A stretch of 63,048 nucleotides of DNA, filler included, from Actinomycetota bacterium (GTDB lineage: Bacteria > Actinomycetota > Acidimicrobiia > IMCC26256 > VFJJ01): NCBI GenBank assembly GCA_009886115.1. It is 5 parts of 5 records of this genome, joined end to end, with 100 filler letters (N's around TTAATTAATTAA, not from the genome) between each part and the next. Parts side by side here need not be neighbours in the genome. Positions count along the whole stretch, not along the records: positions 36,450 to 45,756 come from VFJJ01000046.1; positions 45,857 to 54,261 come from VFJJ01000003.1; 3 more parts are not named here. One strand, given 5' to 3'. The notes under the pieces are model-generated. The model did not search any database, had not been told where the DNA came from, and saw only the letters and a list, made by a program, of their open reading frames with translations. Numbering within the stretch: position 1 is the first letter of the stretch; every line of letters begins with the position of its first letter. Position numbers and translations under genes: made by a program. This document shows, piece after piece, positions 39,926-50,568 of this stretch.

Positions 39926-40236
39926 AATGCCCCAGCTGCAGCGACGTCACGTTGCTCTTGAGCGCCCGTGATGGCGTCGAGATCGACTATTGCCCGCAGT
40001 GCCGAGGTGTGTGGCTCGATCGAGGCGAGCTCGACAAGATCATCGAGCGGGCCGAGCCTCAACGGGATCCCGCGCTCGCTGCCGTATCGACCGGACGCGA
40101 GGGCTCCCCAGCACGAGGCGACCGCGATCGGGGGCGTGACGACGATGATGATGACGACGACGACCGTCGAGGACCCTTCGGCAAGAAGCGCAAGAAGAAG
40201 GGATTTCTGTCGGAGATGTTCGAGATCGGCGGGTGA
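39922..40236 (+). CDS. zf-TFIIB zinc-ribbon protein
   Basis: MKCPSC..RDGVEIDYCPQCRGVWLDRGELDKII; KKKGFLSEMF tail. Confidence 0.92.
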   Translation: MKCPSCSDVTLLLSARDGVEIDYCPQCRGVWLDRGELDKIIERAEPQRDPALAAVSTGREGSPARGDRDRGRDDDDDDDDDRRGPFGKKRKKKGFLSEMFEIGG

Positions 40237-40350
40237 CCGGTCGACGATCGGTCCCGATCGGTCCTGGGGAGATCGACCGCAGACCTATTCGGCCCCGACG
40301 GCTCGCAGGATGTCGAGCTTTCCTTCGGGCACGGGGCACCGGCCTGGGGC

Positions 40351-40910
40351 TCACGAGCGCGCGGCAACGGCGAGACCGGCATGCCATCCCGGGGCACGAC
40401 CGCCGGGAGGCAGCGCGAGCAGGGCCACGTCGACGCCAGCGCCGTGCAGGAGCCAGGAGATGAGGGAGTTCGAGTTCCACATCTCGCCGACGTCGAGCTC
40501 GTCTCGTCCCCACACCGGCGTGGGCACCGACGGCACGAGCTCGAGAATCCGTCGGGCGCGGGCGAGGTCGATCTCGACGTCGATGGTGGCCACGGCGTGG
40601 CGGGCATCGGGAATGACGCCGTCGCGCCAGCGCCTGACCTCGTAGCGGAACACGCGGAATCGCCCGGCCCACCTCGTCCCGACTGTGCCCTCGGCCACGA
40701 CGCCGCGACGGGCTCCGTGACCGTCGGGGATCGGAGCCATCTCGATCGCGAAGCACCCCTCCGGGACCGTGACCGTGAGGGCCGAGTGGTAGAGGTCGCA
40801 CGTCCGACGGCGTTGGAGCAGCGCCGACACGGCCTCGAACACCCGCCCGCTGACCCGCACGACGTGCTGGCCAGCCCCGAGGGGAATCCAGGCGAGGACC
40901 ACACACAGGA
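40351..40910 (-). pseudogene. Hypothetical protein, apparently 5' truncated
   Basis: WIPLGAG..DLYHSAL..WGRDEL..GEMWNSNS..PPGGRAPGW; no clear start before the adh remnant. Confidence 0.5.
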
Positions 40911-40949
40911 CCTTGGGCCCACGACGCAGGTCCCAAGGACACTTGGTGG

Positions 40950-41775
40950 CGCCAGGCTCCGGTTCCAGTACCGGGACCTGACGAGGTGCTCGTACGCATC
41001 GAGGCGAGCGGCCTGTGTCACACCGACATCCACGCTGCGCGTGGCGAATGGCCCGTGAAACCCCAACCGCCGTTCGTGCCCGGTCACGAGGGCGTCGGGA
41101 TCGTCGAGCGGGTCGGATCGAACGCCAGCAGGATCTCCGTGGGCGACCGGGTCGCGGTGCCGTGGCTGGGTTGGGCCTGCGGTGTCTGCCATCACTGCGT
41201 CTCGGGGTGGGAGACGTTGTGCCTCCAGCAGCGCAACACCGGCTAGTCGATCGACGGCAGCTTCGCCGAGTACGCCGTGGCCTCGGCCGCGTTCGTGGGA
41301 CCGGTCCCGGCCGGCATCGACCCGCTCGACGCGGCCCCACGCCCTGCGCTCGAGAGGTCACGACCTACAAGGCCGTCAAGGTCTCCGGAGCCCGCTCGTC
41401 GGATCTCGTCGCGGTCTTCGGCATCGGCGGGTTGGGCCATCTCGCGGTGCAGTATGCGCGCATCGCCGGAGCCACGGTCGTGGCCGTCGATGTCACCGCC
41501 GAGAAGCTCGACCAGGCGAAGAGGCTCGGCGCCGCATACACGATCGACGCCAGTCAGGACGACCCGGTCAGCGCGATCCTCGCGCTCGGCGGAGCCGACA
41601 AGGCGATCGCGACCGCGGCCTCCCGTGGACCGTTCAGCGCGGCCTACCGGTGCCTGCGCCGAGGCGGTCATCTGGTCTACGTCGGGCTCCCGGCCGAGAA
41701 CACCGTCGAGCTGCCGATCTTCAAGACCGTGCTGAACGGCATCACGATCACCGGCTCCATCGTCGGGACCCGGAC
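40950..41775 (+). pseudogene. Zn-dependent alcohol dehydrogenase (AdhP-like) pseudogene
   Basis: GLCHTD, PGHEGVG, CGVCHHC..C; TAG at 41244-41246 in NTG*SIDG; frameshift near 41340-41357; both termini lost. Confidence 0.88.
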
Positions 41776-41815
41776 CCCCGCCGAAAGCGGAACTGCGCAC
41801 AGGAACAGGCGGTGA

Positions 41816-42898
41816 TCAACCGCCGCGCCGGTCGGCCCGGGGTCGGCGACCGTGGTAGGCATCGAGCAGGAGCTCGCGGATCGAGTCGGCGTCCGGTCGG
41901 CGGATGTTCGCCGAAGCCTCGTCGACGACGGCTGCGACCGCCCGGTCGATCCCCTCCTCGGGCATTCCCAGCGCCGCGAGCGATGCGGGCGCATCGATCG
42001 TCCGAGCCAGGTCGAACACCACCTCGGCTGGATCGCCGCCCAACACCGCGCCGAGCCGGCCATAGACCCCGGAGATCGCCGGAGCGTTGTACGCCAAGGC
42101 ATGGGGGAGCACGACGGCGTTCATCCCTCCGTGGTCGAGGTTGAACAGGCCGCCGAGAACGTGACAGGTCTTGTGGTGCAGCGCTGTCCCGCTGACGGCC
42201 AGCGCACATGCCGCCAGGTACGTCCCGTAGAACGCCTCGGTGCGGGCCTCGAGATCGGCTGGAGCGGCGACGACCCGGGGCAGTGCTCCGCACAGCACCC
42301 GGGCCGCCTCGAGGGCGAGCAACGAGATCACCGGGTTGGCTCCTGGCGCGTACAGCGCCTCGACCGCGTGGGCGAGCGCGTTCATCCCGCTGGGACCGGC
42401 CACGCGCGGCGGCAGGGTCAGGGTGAGCTCGGGGTCGTAGATGACGACGCGGGGTTGCACGGCCGGATCGTTGCCCGTGAGCTTGCGAGCGCCGGTTGTC
42501 AGGCCCCAGATGGGTGTCATCTCCGATCCGGCGTACGTGGTGGGAATCGCGATCTGAGGCAGTCGCTCGGTGAGGGCGATCGCCTTGCCGAACCCGGTGG
42601 CCGACCCTCCGCCCACGGTGATCGTGCAGTCAGCGTCCAGGTCGCGAGCCTGGCGTCGCGCCTGCTCGGCCCGATCGACGGGAACGTGCTGTGCGATGTC
42701 GTCGAACCGGCCGACGACCCGAGACCCCAAGGCTCCGATCAGCTCCGCCACGGGAGCGGACTCCGCCCGGCCGGCGATCAGCAGAGCCCGTGACGCGCCC
42801 AGTCGATCGAGCTCGCCCCCGACGCCCCGCCTGCTCCCCGCGCCGAAGACCACGCGACCGGCGAGCGCGTCGTAGCTGAAGTCGAGTGGTGCGGGCAC
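41816..42898 (-). CDS. Maleylacetate reductase
   Basis: [53 protein letters not shown]. Confidence 0.92.
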   Translation of the reverse strand: MPAPLDFSYDALAGRVVFGAGSRRGVGGELDRLGASRALLIAGRAESAPVAELIGALGSRVVGRFDDIAQHVPVDRAEQARRQARDLDADCTITVGGGSATGFGKAIALTERLPQIAIPTTYAGSEMTPIWGLTTGARKLTGNDPAVQPRVVIYDPELTLTLPPRVAGPSGMNALAHAVEALYAPGANPVISLLALEAARVLCGALPRVVAAPADLEARTEAFYGTYLAACALAVSGTALHHKTCHVLGGLFNLDHGGMNAVVLPHALAYNAPAISGVYGRLGAVLGGDPAEVVFDLARTIDAPASLAALGMPEEGIDRAVAAVVDEASANIRRPDADSIRELLLDAYHGRRPRADRRGG

Positions 42899-43102
42899 GT
42901 GGCCTCCCGAGCACCGAGGAGATCCGCACGGTGCGACGAGACGATCCCACGTTCGAGGGCGCCGAGACGAACGTGTTCACGCAACGTCGCGCTCTGCGAC
43001 GCCCGCTCGCTCGCTCCGCCCTCGCTGCGACTGCATCCACGAACGGTCATTGCGACCAATCACGTCGGACAGGTATCCACATTCACACGAGGAGATCCTC
43101 AC

Positions 43103-43663
43103 ATGCATCGCTCAATCATCCGGCTCGTGGCCGGAGTCGCCGTTCTGGGTCTGGTCATGGCCGCATGCGGAGATGACGACGACGCGTCGTCGACGCCCGA
43201 GCTCACTGCCACCACGCTCCCGAGCACCACCGCATCGACAGCGGCTGCGGCGACGTCTGACATCGTCGACACCGCTGTGGCTGCCGGCAACTTCACGACG
43301 CTGGCGACAGCGCTGGAAGCGGCTGGCTTGATCGAGACGCTCAAGGGTGAAGGCCCGTTCACGGTGTTCGCACCGACGGACGAGGCATTCGCCAAGGTCC
43401 CGCAGGCCACGCTCGACGCGCTGCTCGCCGATCCCGAAGCACTCGCCGCTGTGCTGACCTATCACGTCGTTGCCGGTGAGCTCGACGCCGCCGCAGTCAC
43501 CGCGGTCGACTCGTTGACCACGGTCCAAGGCTCGGACGTCGAGATCGTCGTCGAAGGCGGCACCGCCAAGATCGGCGGCGCCACCATCACAGCCACCGAC
43601 ATCAAGGCCAGCAACGGCATCATCCACGTCATCGACACCGTCCTGCTCCCGCCGGACGCATGA
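43103..43663 (+). CDS. Fasciclin (FAS1) domain lipoprotein
   Basis: Lipobox [43 protein letters not shown]. Confidence 0.93.
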   Translation: MHRSIIRLVAGVAVLGLVMAACGDDDDASSTPELTATTLPSTTASTAAAATSDIVDTAVAAGNFTTLATALEAAGLIETLKGEGPFTVFAPTDEAFAKVPQATLDALLADPEALAAVLTYHVVAGELDAAAVTAVDSLTTVQGSDVEIVVEGGTAKIGGATITATDIKASNGIIHVIDTVLLPPDA

Positions 43664-43801
43664 TCCACCGGGCAGGTTCTGTGCTGCCGTCTCGGCACTG
43701 ACCCGACCCATGCCGTACCAAGCACGATGATCGACGCGCCCAGGGTGAAGGACCTCGACCCTGGGCGCGTCGTCGTTCGCGTCATGCGCCCGTCGGTCGT
43801 A

Positions 43802-44000
43802 CTAGACGATGTCTCTTTCACGGGGGGTTGTGGGTGCTCTCCCCAATCGATCTGATCCCCGAGGACGACCGACTTCTCCTCCTCTAGGGACAGGGCTTCT
43901 ACGGGTACGCCAAGGCGTTTGCCGAGCTGCAGGCTGAACACGATCGCGGCGACCAGCATGGTAACGATGATGGCGAGCGACAGGTAGGCGAACTGAGAGT
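43802..44000 (-). pseudogene. Membrane-protein C-terminal remnant (possibly TerC-like)
   Basis: YLSLAIIVTMLVAAIVFSL TM with no start codon, immediately after the terD stop. Confidence 0.3.
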
Positions 44001-44003
44001 TCC

Positions 44004-45284
44004 TTACTTGGAGCCGGCTCGCCAGCTGAAGCCGAAGCCGAAGTGCTCGTCGCACTGCTTGTGGCCGGGAAAGTAGCGCTCCTCGTTGGTGACCACGACC
44101 TCGTCACCGATGCGGCGGATGCTGCACGCGGCGACGAAACCGAGACCGCGCTCAGGGGAGGCCAGTCGCATGAAGACTTCCTGGTCCTCGTCGATGATCG
44201 TGAGGCGGCCGCCGACGGCGGTGAAGTCGGAGGCACCTTCGTAGATCATGGCGAAGACGACGACGAGGTCGATGAGGTCGGTGCGCTCGATGTAGAGATT
44301 CTCGCCGTCGGCATCGAAGCCCGAGCGGTCGTCCTTGTCGAGCAGGATGTAGGGGGCCTCGGTGCGCGAGCCGAAGCGTCCCCCCAGCGGTTGGATCACA
44401 CCGGCAGTCCCGTCGAGCAGGCGCCACATGCAGCCCAGGTCGAGGTCGGGTGCACCCGAGCCTTCCTTGCGCCCGAAGAGACTTTTCTTGGCTGGCTTGG
44501 CGGCGCCGCCGGCGTTGGGGTTGTCCCAGTTGAGGTTGACGTGGATCTTCTGGAATCCTGTCCCTCCCTTGGCCAACGACACGCGGGCCGTTGAACCGCG
44601 CTTGTCGAGCGTGACCTTCGACAGCGAGAGCTTGGGCCCCACAGCAGGAGCGGGCGCCGGGGCCGGAGGGGCCGCCGGCCGGATGGGGGCCGGCGCGGCC
44701 TGAGGGACGGGAGCGGGGACCGGAGGAGGTGCCGCAGGGGGAGCCGCCATCGGGGCGTCGGACTCGCTTCCCCCGAAGTGGGTGAGCAGCGCGTTCAGCC
44801 CCCCGGTGAAGCCGGCGCCCACGGCGGCGAAGCGCCACACGTCCTTTCGGTAGATCTCGGCGACCATCAGGGCCTTCTCCTGGGTGAAGTCGGTGCCGGT
44901 GAAGGGGAATCGGGCTACCTCGGTCCCGCCGGCGACGATCCGGAGGTGACCCCGGGTGATCTGCGACATGGTGGCGGCGCCGTCGATCGTGGCGGTGAAC
45001 ACCAGCTTGTCGATGGATGAAGGAATGCGGTCGAGATCGACGCCGAAGGTCTGGCGATCGCCGTCGGCCGCGCCTTGCAGGGCGATCGCGCCCTCCGGCG
45101 ACGATGTCTGGTTGAAGAACACGAAGTATCGATCATCGGAAAGCTGCCCGGCCGCGTCGATCCCGAAGCATGAGATGTCGATGTCGGAGTTGCCGCCAGC
45201 CTGGATGTCGATTCCCACCACGAGGCTGGTGGCCGACGTGAGGTCGCTCAGCTTCGATTTCTGACCACGGGAGAACTTGACCAT
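44004..45284 (-). CDS. TerD-domain stress protein with C-terminal TerA-like domain
   Basis: DIDISCF..SDDRYFVFFNQ..SPEG, AEIYRKDVWRFAAVGAGF; Pro linker; NLNW..DLDLGC..IQPLG..LDKDDRSG. Confidence 0.88.
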   Translation of the reverse strand: MVKFSRGQKSKLSDLTSATSLVVGIDIQAGGNSDIDISCFGIDAAGQLSDDRYFVFFNQTSSPEGAIALQGAADGDRQTFGVDLDRIPSSIDKLVFTATIDGAATMSQITRGHLRIVAGGTEVARFPFTGTDFTQEKALMVAEIYRKDVWRFAAVGAGFTGGLNALLTHFGGSESDAPMAAPPAAPPPVPAPVPQAAPAPIRPAAPPAPAPAPAVGPKLSLSKVTLDKRGSTARVSLAKGGTGFQKIHVNLNWDNPNAGGAAKPAKKSLFGRKEGSGAPDLDLGCMWRLLDGTAGVIQPLGGRFGSRTEAPYILLDKDDRSGFDADGENLYIERTDLIDLVVVFAMIYEGASDFTAVGGRLTIIDEDQEVFMRLASPERGLGFVAACSIRRIGDEVVVTNEERYFPGHKQCDEHFGFGFSWRAGSK

Positions 45285-45374
45285 GGAACACCTCCGGAGA
45301 TATCGGGGACAATCGGACAGAATCGAGTAGGGCGGCCGAGGTAGCGGTCTGGCTGCAGGGAGCGGACCGGTGCG

Positions 45375-45756
45375 TCACTCAGCGGTTGAAGACGAGCGGG
45401 CCCGGCCGACGGCACGGACGGCCCATGACACCGGAAGCACCGTGGCGCCGACGAGCACGCACTTCATGAAGTCGCCGGCGGTCAGCCCGTCGGTGGAGAA
45501 CACCTCGCCGCCGAACTCCACGATCAGCGTTTGGAGCACGATCACGATGCCGACGATGCTCAGGAATGTTGTGCTCTTGAACAGGCCCTTGAACGGGTTG
45601 CGGTGGAATCGTACGGACCGGCAGTTGAACCAGTTGAAGATCTGCAGCCACACGAAGGTGTTGAACACGACCGTGTTGCGATAGAGGTCGTTGGCGTCGC
45701 TGTCGGCGAAGACGTGCTTGTCGATCACGAGTCCGGTGGTGAGGACGATCGCCAGC
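45375..45756 (-). CDS. Calcium-translocating P-type ATPase (PMCA-like), C-terminal part (truncated by contig edge)
   Basis: NTVVFNTFVWLQIFNWFNCRSV..NPFKGL..LQTLIVEFGG..FST..L. Confidence 0.82.
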
Positions 45757-45856
45757 NNNNNNNNNNNNNNNNNNNNNNNNNNNNNNNNNNNNNNNNNNNN
45801 TTAATTAATTAANNNNNNNNNNNNNNNNNNNNNNNNNNNNNNNNNNNNNNNNNNNN
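45757..45856. other. Artificial contig linker
   Basis: N-run with TTAATTAATTAA. Confidence 0.98.
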
Positions 45857-46146
45857 CCCGACAGCCAGCTCGACGCAGTCGTCGAGTCGGCCGAGGAGTG
45901 CCCCGGGGAGTGCATCTTCATCGAGGAGTGATCCTCGGCTCATCGGCGGAGTCGCCTGAGCGGTTCAGCAGACCGGGCCCGGTTCAGCCCTCCGGTCGCG
46001 GGACGAGCGTGCCCAAAGCGGACGATCGTTGCTGCGTCGCTGGCATCTTCCGCGGAGATCCCGCACGATCCCTCAAGCAGTCCCGAGGGCGGCCGACAGG
46101 GTGCCCGAGGTCGGGATCCACGTCATGCCGTCGAACGGACATCTGG

Positions 46147-46737
46147 GTGGACATCCAGAGCGTCACCGCCAATTCGTTCCTGCAGGCCCCCGGATGGCCG
46201 ACCGGATCGGTGGGGCGCGTCGACATCGACCTCGACCGCCTCGCACCTGACCTCGATCTCGATCTCGATCGGCGTTCGCGTCGTTCGGTCGAGAGCGATC
46301 TGGGCTCCCGAGAGGGCGCTCACGAGCGTGGTGGCTGGCGCCCGAGCAACGACGAGGCCGACGCCCGCTCGTTCGTGGCCTTCGCCCGCTCGACGTTCGA
46401 TGCGCAGATCACCGCGGGTTCCCGCCCCGGTGTCGCATCGGACGGTCGGGCTCGTCCGGGTCGGGGTTGGACCAGCAGCGTCGACGCCGTCGCCGATCCC
46501 GGTCTTCGCCGAGCAGCGGAGACGCTCGGGGTCACCGGCATCCTGAGCCGGGACGAGGTCGACCGACGGTTCCGCGACATCGTGAAATCGGAGCGTCCCG
46601 ATCTGGGGACCATGAGCGGCGAGCGTCTCGACTCACTGCTCAACGCCCGTGCCGCGCTCACCGGTCATCTCCAGAGCGTGCCCTGGGTGATCGGCGCTCG
46701 AGTCCCGCTCGGGGTCGGTGCCGACATCCGGGCCTAG
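46147..46737 (+). CDS. Hypothetical protein with C-terminal J-domain-like region; start uncertain
   Basis: AAETLGV...EVDRRFRDIVKSERPDLG...LLNARAAL; HPD replaced by RPD. Confidence 0.5.
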   Translation: MDIQSVTANSFLQAPGWPTGSVGRVDIDLDRLAPDLDLDLDRRSRRSVESDLGSREGAHERGGWRPSNDEADARSFVAFARSTFDAQITAGSRPGVASDGRARPGRGWTSSVDAVADPGLRRAAETLGVTGILSRDEVDRRFRDIVKSERPDLGTMSGERLDSLLNARAALTGHLQSVPWVIGARVPLGVGADIRA

Positions 46738-46763
46738 CCCTTGGCCGAGCCCGGGACCGCCCG

Positions 46764-46818
46764 GGACCGCTCGGGCCCCGGACCGCTCGGGCCCCGGACC
46801 GCTCGGGCCCCGGACCGC
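46764..46818. repeat. 16-bp tandem repeat, about 3.4 copies
   Basis: GGACCGCTCGGGCCCC repeated without spacers. Confidence 0.85.
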
Positions 46819-46923
46819 GCTGGTCCATCGAGCCTTCCCGCTCCTGGCGCCCAGCGCCGGGACCTCGTCGCCGACCAGCCGTCGATCGAGCGAGCCGGTG
46901 CACGAGCCCGTTAGCGTCAGGCG

Positions 46924-47718
46924 GTGGAGCTACGGGACACGGTGTGCGTGGTGACCGGAGGAGCTCGAGGCATCGGGGCGGCGATGGCGGCTCGCCTCGT
47001 CGGAGCGGGAGCTCGCTCGGTGGTGGTGTGCGATCTCGACGCCGAGGCCGCGGCGGGAGCCGCCCGGGCGATCGGCCCGGGTGCACGGGGCGCGGGCTGT
47101 GACGTGACCGACGAGGCGGCCGTCCGCTCGCTCGTCGAGGAGGTGCTCGCCACCGACGGGCCGATCGACCTGTTCTGCGCCAACGCCGGCATCGCAGGTG
47201 GTGGCGACATCGAGACCCCCGATGCCGTCTGGCAGCGGATGTGGGACGTGCACCTGATGGCCCACCTGTACTCGGTCCGGGCGGTGCTCCCGTCGATGCT
47301 CGCGCGGGGACGGGGGCATCTGCTGCACACGGCATCGGCGGCCGGGCTGCTCATGGCGCCGGGCGACGCGCCGTACTCGGTGACCAAACATGCCGCCGTG
47401 GCCTTCGCCGAATGGCTGTCGGTCACCTACGGCGATCGCGGGATCGGGGTGTCGTGCCTGTGTCCCCAAGGCGTCCGGACCGATCTGCTGATGGATCTCG
47501 AAGGCGCGGCGGCCGATTGGCTCCGCTCGGAGATGATCGAGGCCGACGCTGTGGCCGATGCCGTCATCGATGGGCTCCGCAGCGACCGGTTCCTGATCCT
47601 GCCCCATCCCGGCGTCGCCGAGTACACCGTGAGACGGGCAACCGACCCCGAGCGATGGTTGCGATCGATGCGGCGCCTGGTGGCCGCGATGCGAGCGAGC
47701 GACCCACCGGAGGGGTAG
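46924..47718 (+). CDS. SDR family oxidoreductase
   Basis: TGGARGIG, CANAGI, TASAAG, YSVTK. Confidence 0.92.
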   Translation: MELRDTVCVVTGGARGIGAAMAARLVGAGARSVVVCDLDAEAAAGAARAIGPGARGAGCDVTDEAAVRSLVEEVLATDGPIDLFCANAGIAGGGDIETPDAVWQRMWDVHLMAHLYSVRAVLPSMLARGRGHLLHTASAAGLLMAPGDAPYSVTKHAAVAFAEWLSVTYGDRGIGVSCLCPQGVRTDLLMDLEGAAADWLRSEMIEADAVADAVIDGLRSDRFLILPHPGVAEYTVRRATDPERWLRSMRRLVAAMRASDPPEG

Positions 47719-47797
47719 GCAGGGGGAGAGAGTGCGGGTGGTCCGGCCCGGACCGACGCACGGAGGCAGCCGGAAGCGGCTCGGAACGGTGGATTCC

Positions 47798-48718
47798 ATG
47801 GACGTCCGCATCTTCGTCGAACCGCAGCAGGGGGCCTCGTACGGCGACCAGTTGGCTGTCGCGCTGGCTGCCGAACGGCTGGGCTTCTCGGCGTTCTTCC
47901 GGTCGGATCACTATCTGCGCATGGGCGGGGGATCGGCGTTGCCCGGCCCCACCGACGCCTGGGCCACGCTGGCCGGCCTGGCCCGTGAGACCTCGACCAT
48001 CCGGCTCGGCACGTTGCTGTCGAGCGCGACGTTCCGCCATCCGGGCCCGCTGGCGATCACCGTCGCGCAGGTCGACGAGATGAGCGGGGGACGGGTCGAG
48101 CTCGGCCTCGGCGCCGGCTGGTTCGCCGAGGAGCACGCCGCGTACGGCATCCCCTTCCCAGGCACGGCTCAGCGCTTCGACTGGCTCGAGGAGCAGCTGG
48201 CGATCATCCACGGGATGTGGACCACACCCGCAGGCGACCGGTTCAGCCACGCAGGCCAGCGCTGGCCCGTCGTCGACTCGCCGTGCCTGCCCCGCCCCGT
48301 CCAGCAGCCGCATCCGCCGATCGTCGTCGGCGGCAAGGGCTTGCGACGCACCCCGGCGCTGGCTGCTCGCTACGCCACCGAGTTCAACGTCCCCTTCCCT
48401 GTCGCGGCCGAGGTGGAGCCCACCTTCGCCCGGGTGCGAGGGGCCTGCGACGCCATCGGGCGCGACCCCGACTCGCTCGTCTACAGCGTGGCGTTGGTGG
48501 CGTGTTGTGGCGCCGACGAGGCCGAGCTGGGACGACGGGCGGCGGCCATCTCGCGAGAGCCCGACGAACTCCGACGCAACGGCATCGCCGGGACGCCGCA
48601 GGAGTGCCTCGATCGGGTCGGCGTGTTCGCCGAGCTCGGCGTCACGCGTCTGTACCTCCAGATCCTCGACATGGCCGACCTCGACCACCTCGAGGTGCTG
48701 GCGAACGCCCTCCTGTAG
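47798..48718 (+). CDS. LLM-class F420-dependent oxidoreductase
   Basis: FVEPQQGA, FFRSDHY, PGPTDAW, VDEMSGGRVELGLGAGW. Confidence 0.92.
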   Translation: MDVRIFVEPQQGASYGDQLAVALAAERLGFSAFFRSDHYLRMGGGSALPGPTDAWATLAGLARETSTIRLGTLLSSATFRHPGPLAITVAQVDEMSGGRVELGLGAGWFAEEHAAYGIPFPGTAQRFDWLEEQLAIIHGMWTTPAGDRFSHAGQRWPVVDSPCLPRPVQQPHPPIVVGGKGLRRTPALAARYATEFNVPFPVAAEVEPTFARVRGACDAIGRDPDSLVYSVALVACCGADEAELGRRAAAISREPDELRRNGIAGTPQECLDRVGVFAELGVTRLYLQILDMADLDHLEVLANALL

Positions 48719-48750
48719 GCCGCGCTGCTGGAGGACGCGGCGGACGTCGG

Positions 48751-49512
48751 TCAGTCGAGGAGGTCGGGTTCCTCGCGCAGGATCCAGTCGTGCAGGGGTT
48801 GGAACGAGAACCATCCGGCGAGGGGGCTGCCGACCTGGCTGCTGGTCGTGCGGGCCATCTCGGGGTCGATCTTCACCGTGGTACCGGCGGCATCGGCGAG
48901 GAGTTGTGCCTCACAGCTCCGGTCCATCGAGATGAACCACCAGGCGGCCTCGTCGACCGAGCGCCCGACCGTCAACAACCCGTGGTTGCGCAGGATCGCC
49001 GCCTTCGACTCGCCGAGGGCGTGGGCGATGCGCTTGCCCTCCTCGACGTCGAACACGACACCGGTGTAGTCGTCGAAGACCACGTGGTCGTCGTAGAACG
49101 CACAGGCGTCCTGGGTGATCGGGTCGAGCAGCTTTCCCAAGGCGGAGAAGGCTTTCCCGCTGAGCGAGTGCGAGTGGGCCGCGGCGATGACATCGGGGCG
49201 AGCCATGTGGATCTGCGAGTGGATCGCGAACGCCGCCTGGTTCACGCCGTTCGAGCCGTGCACGATCTCGCCGCTGTGGCTCACGAGCAGGAGATCGGAG
49301 ACCGAGATGTGGCGGAAGTTCTGGCCGAACGGATTCACCCAGAAGTGATCGGTGAGCTCGGGGTCGCGTGCGGTGATGTGACCGGCGACGCCCTCGCCGA
49401 ACCCGAGTCGTCCGAACAGGCGGAACGCCGCGGCCAAGCGCTGCTTGCGGTGAAGCCGCTCCTCGTCGACGGTGGCGAACTCGGGCAGCTTCGGGGCCAC
49501 GTATCCAGCCAT
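48751..49512 (-). CDS. Class II aldolase/adducin family protein
   Basis: EGVAGHITARDP, FWVNP, AFAIHSQIH, AAHSHS, ILRNHGLLT. Confidence 0.93.
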   Translation of the reverse strand: MAGYVAPKLPEFATVDEERLHRKQRLAAAFRLFGRLGFGEGVAGHITARDPELTDHFWVNPFGQNFRHISVSDLLLVSHSGEIVHGSNGVNQAAFAIHSQIHMARPDVIAAAHSHSLSGKAFSALGKLLDPITQDACAFYDDHVVFDDYTGVVFDVEEGKRIAHALGESKAAILRNHGLLTVGRSVDEAAWWFISMDRSCEAQLLADAAGTTVKIDPEMARTTSSQVGSPLAGWFSFQPLHDWILREEPDLLD

Positions 49513-49597
49513 GGGCGCTCCTCGACTCGGTGACGACGGCGGCAGCGACGAGCAGTGTAGGAGCCCAACGCGGTCGAGGCCTCTAGCCTCGGTGTTC

Positions 49598-50437
49598 ATG
49601 GGCGATGCCGCGTTCACCTCCGAGGTTCTCTCGATCGAGCTCGACGGGCACGTCGCGACGCTCTGGCTCGACAATCCGCAGCGGCGCAACGCCATGGGCC
49701 CCGCGTTCTGGGACGACCTGCCCCGAGCGTGCGCGCATCTGGCCGACCTGGCCGACGACGACCGCGTGCGCGCCGTGGTGCTCGCAGCCCGGGGCCCGGT
49801 GTTCACCGCCGGCCTCGACCTGAAGACCATGCCTGGGGCCGTCGTGATCGCGGGGGACGTCTCGGGCGCCAAGCGGCGTTCGCTCAGCTACCGGACGATC
49901 AAGCGCCTCCAGGGCTCGATCACCGCGGTGGCCGAGCTCCCGGTCCCGGTGATCGCAGCCGTCCAGGGGTACTGCCTCGGGGGCGGGATCGACCTCATCA
50001 CCGCATGCGACGTTCGCCTGGCTGCAGCCGACGCCGTGTTCTCGGTGCGCGAGACCCGCATCGCCATGGTGGCCGACGTCGGCACGCTGCAACGCCTGCC
50101 CCGGGTGCTGGCCCCCGGTCACGTGGCCGAGCTCGTCTACACCGGGCGCGACATCACCGCCGAGCGGGCGTTGCGCATCGGGCTGGTCAACGACGTGTTC
50201 CCCGATCACGACGCCGTCGTGGCCGCGGCCGGCGCGATGGCCGCCGAGATCGCGGCCAACTCACCGCTCGCGGTGAAGGGCGCTCGAGCGGTGCTACGCG
50301 CCGGCGAGGGACGCGCGGTGGCCGAGGGACTCGACTACGTGGCCGTGTGGAACGCAGCCTTCCTCGACTCGCACGACCTCAGCGAGGCGCTGAGCGCGTT
50401 CATCGACAAGCGCGAACCCCGCTTCACCGGCGAGTAG
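49598..50437 (+). CDS. Crotonase/enoyl-CoA hydratase family protein
   Basis: FTAGLDL, PVIAAVQGYCLGGG, ADVGTLQRL. Confidence 0.92.
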   Translation: MGDAAFTSEVLSIELDGHVATLWLDNPQRRNAMGPAFWDDLPRACAHLADLADDDRVRAVVLAARGPVFTAGLDLKTMPGAVVIAGDVSGAKRRSLSYRTIKRLQGSITAVAELPVPVIAAVQGYCLGGGIDLITACDVRLAAADAVFSVRETRIAMVADVGTLQRLPRVLAPGHVAELVYTGRDITAERALRIGLVNDVFPDHDAVVAAAGAMAAEIAANSPLAVKGARAVLRAGEGRAVAEGLDYVAVWNAAFLDSHDLSEALSAFIDKREPRFTGE

Positions 50438-50568
50438 CGGCGGCGCCTGCCGCCGACGCCTTCACGGCTGGCGAGGGTCGGCGAAGCGGCTGGCGAGGAC
50501 TCGTTCGGGCCCTGGCCGGTGAAGGGGCCTCTGGCACCGGCTCGTCGGCTGGGCGAAGCCCTGGCACG

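Noticed and set aside
46764..46818. Possible CRISPR array (also 1-121 and 5989-6066)
   Set aside because: The repeats are contiguous with no unique spacers and there are no cas genes.
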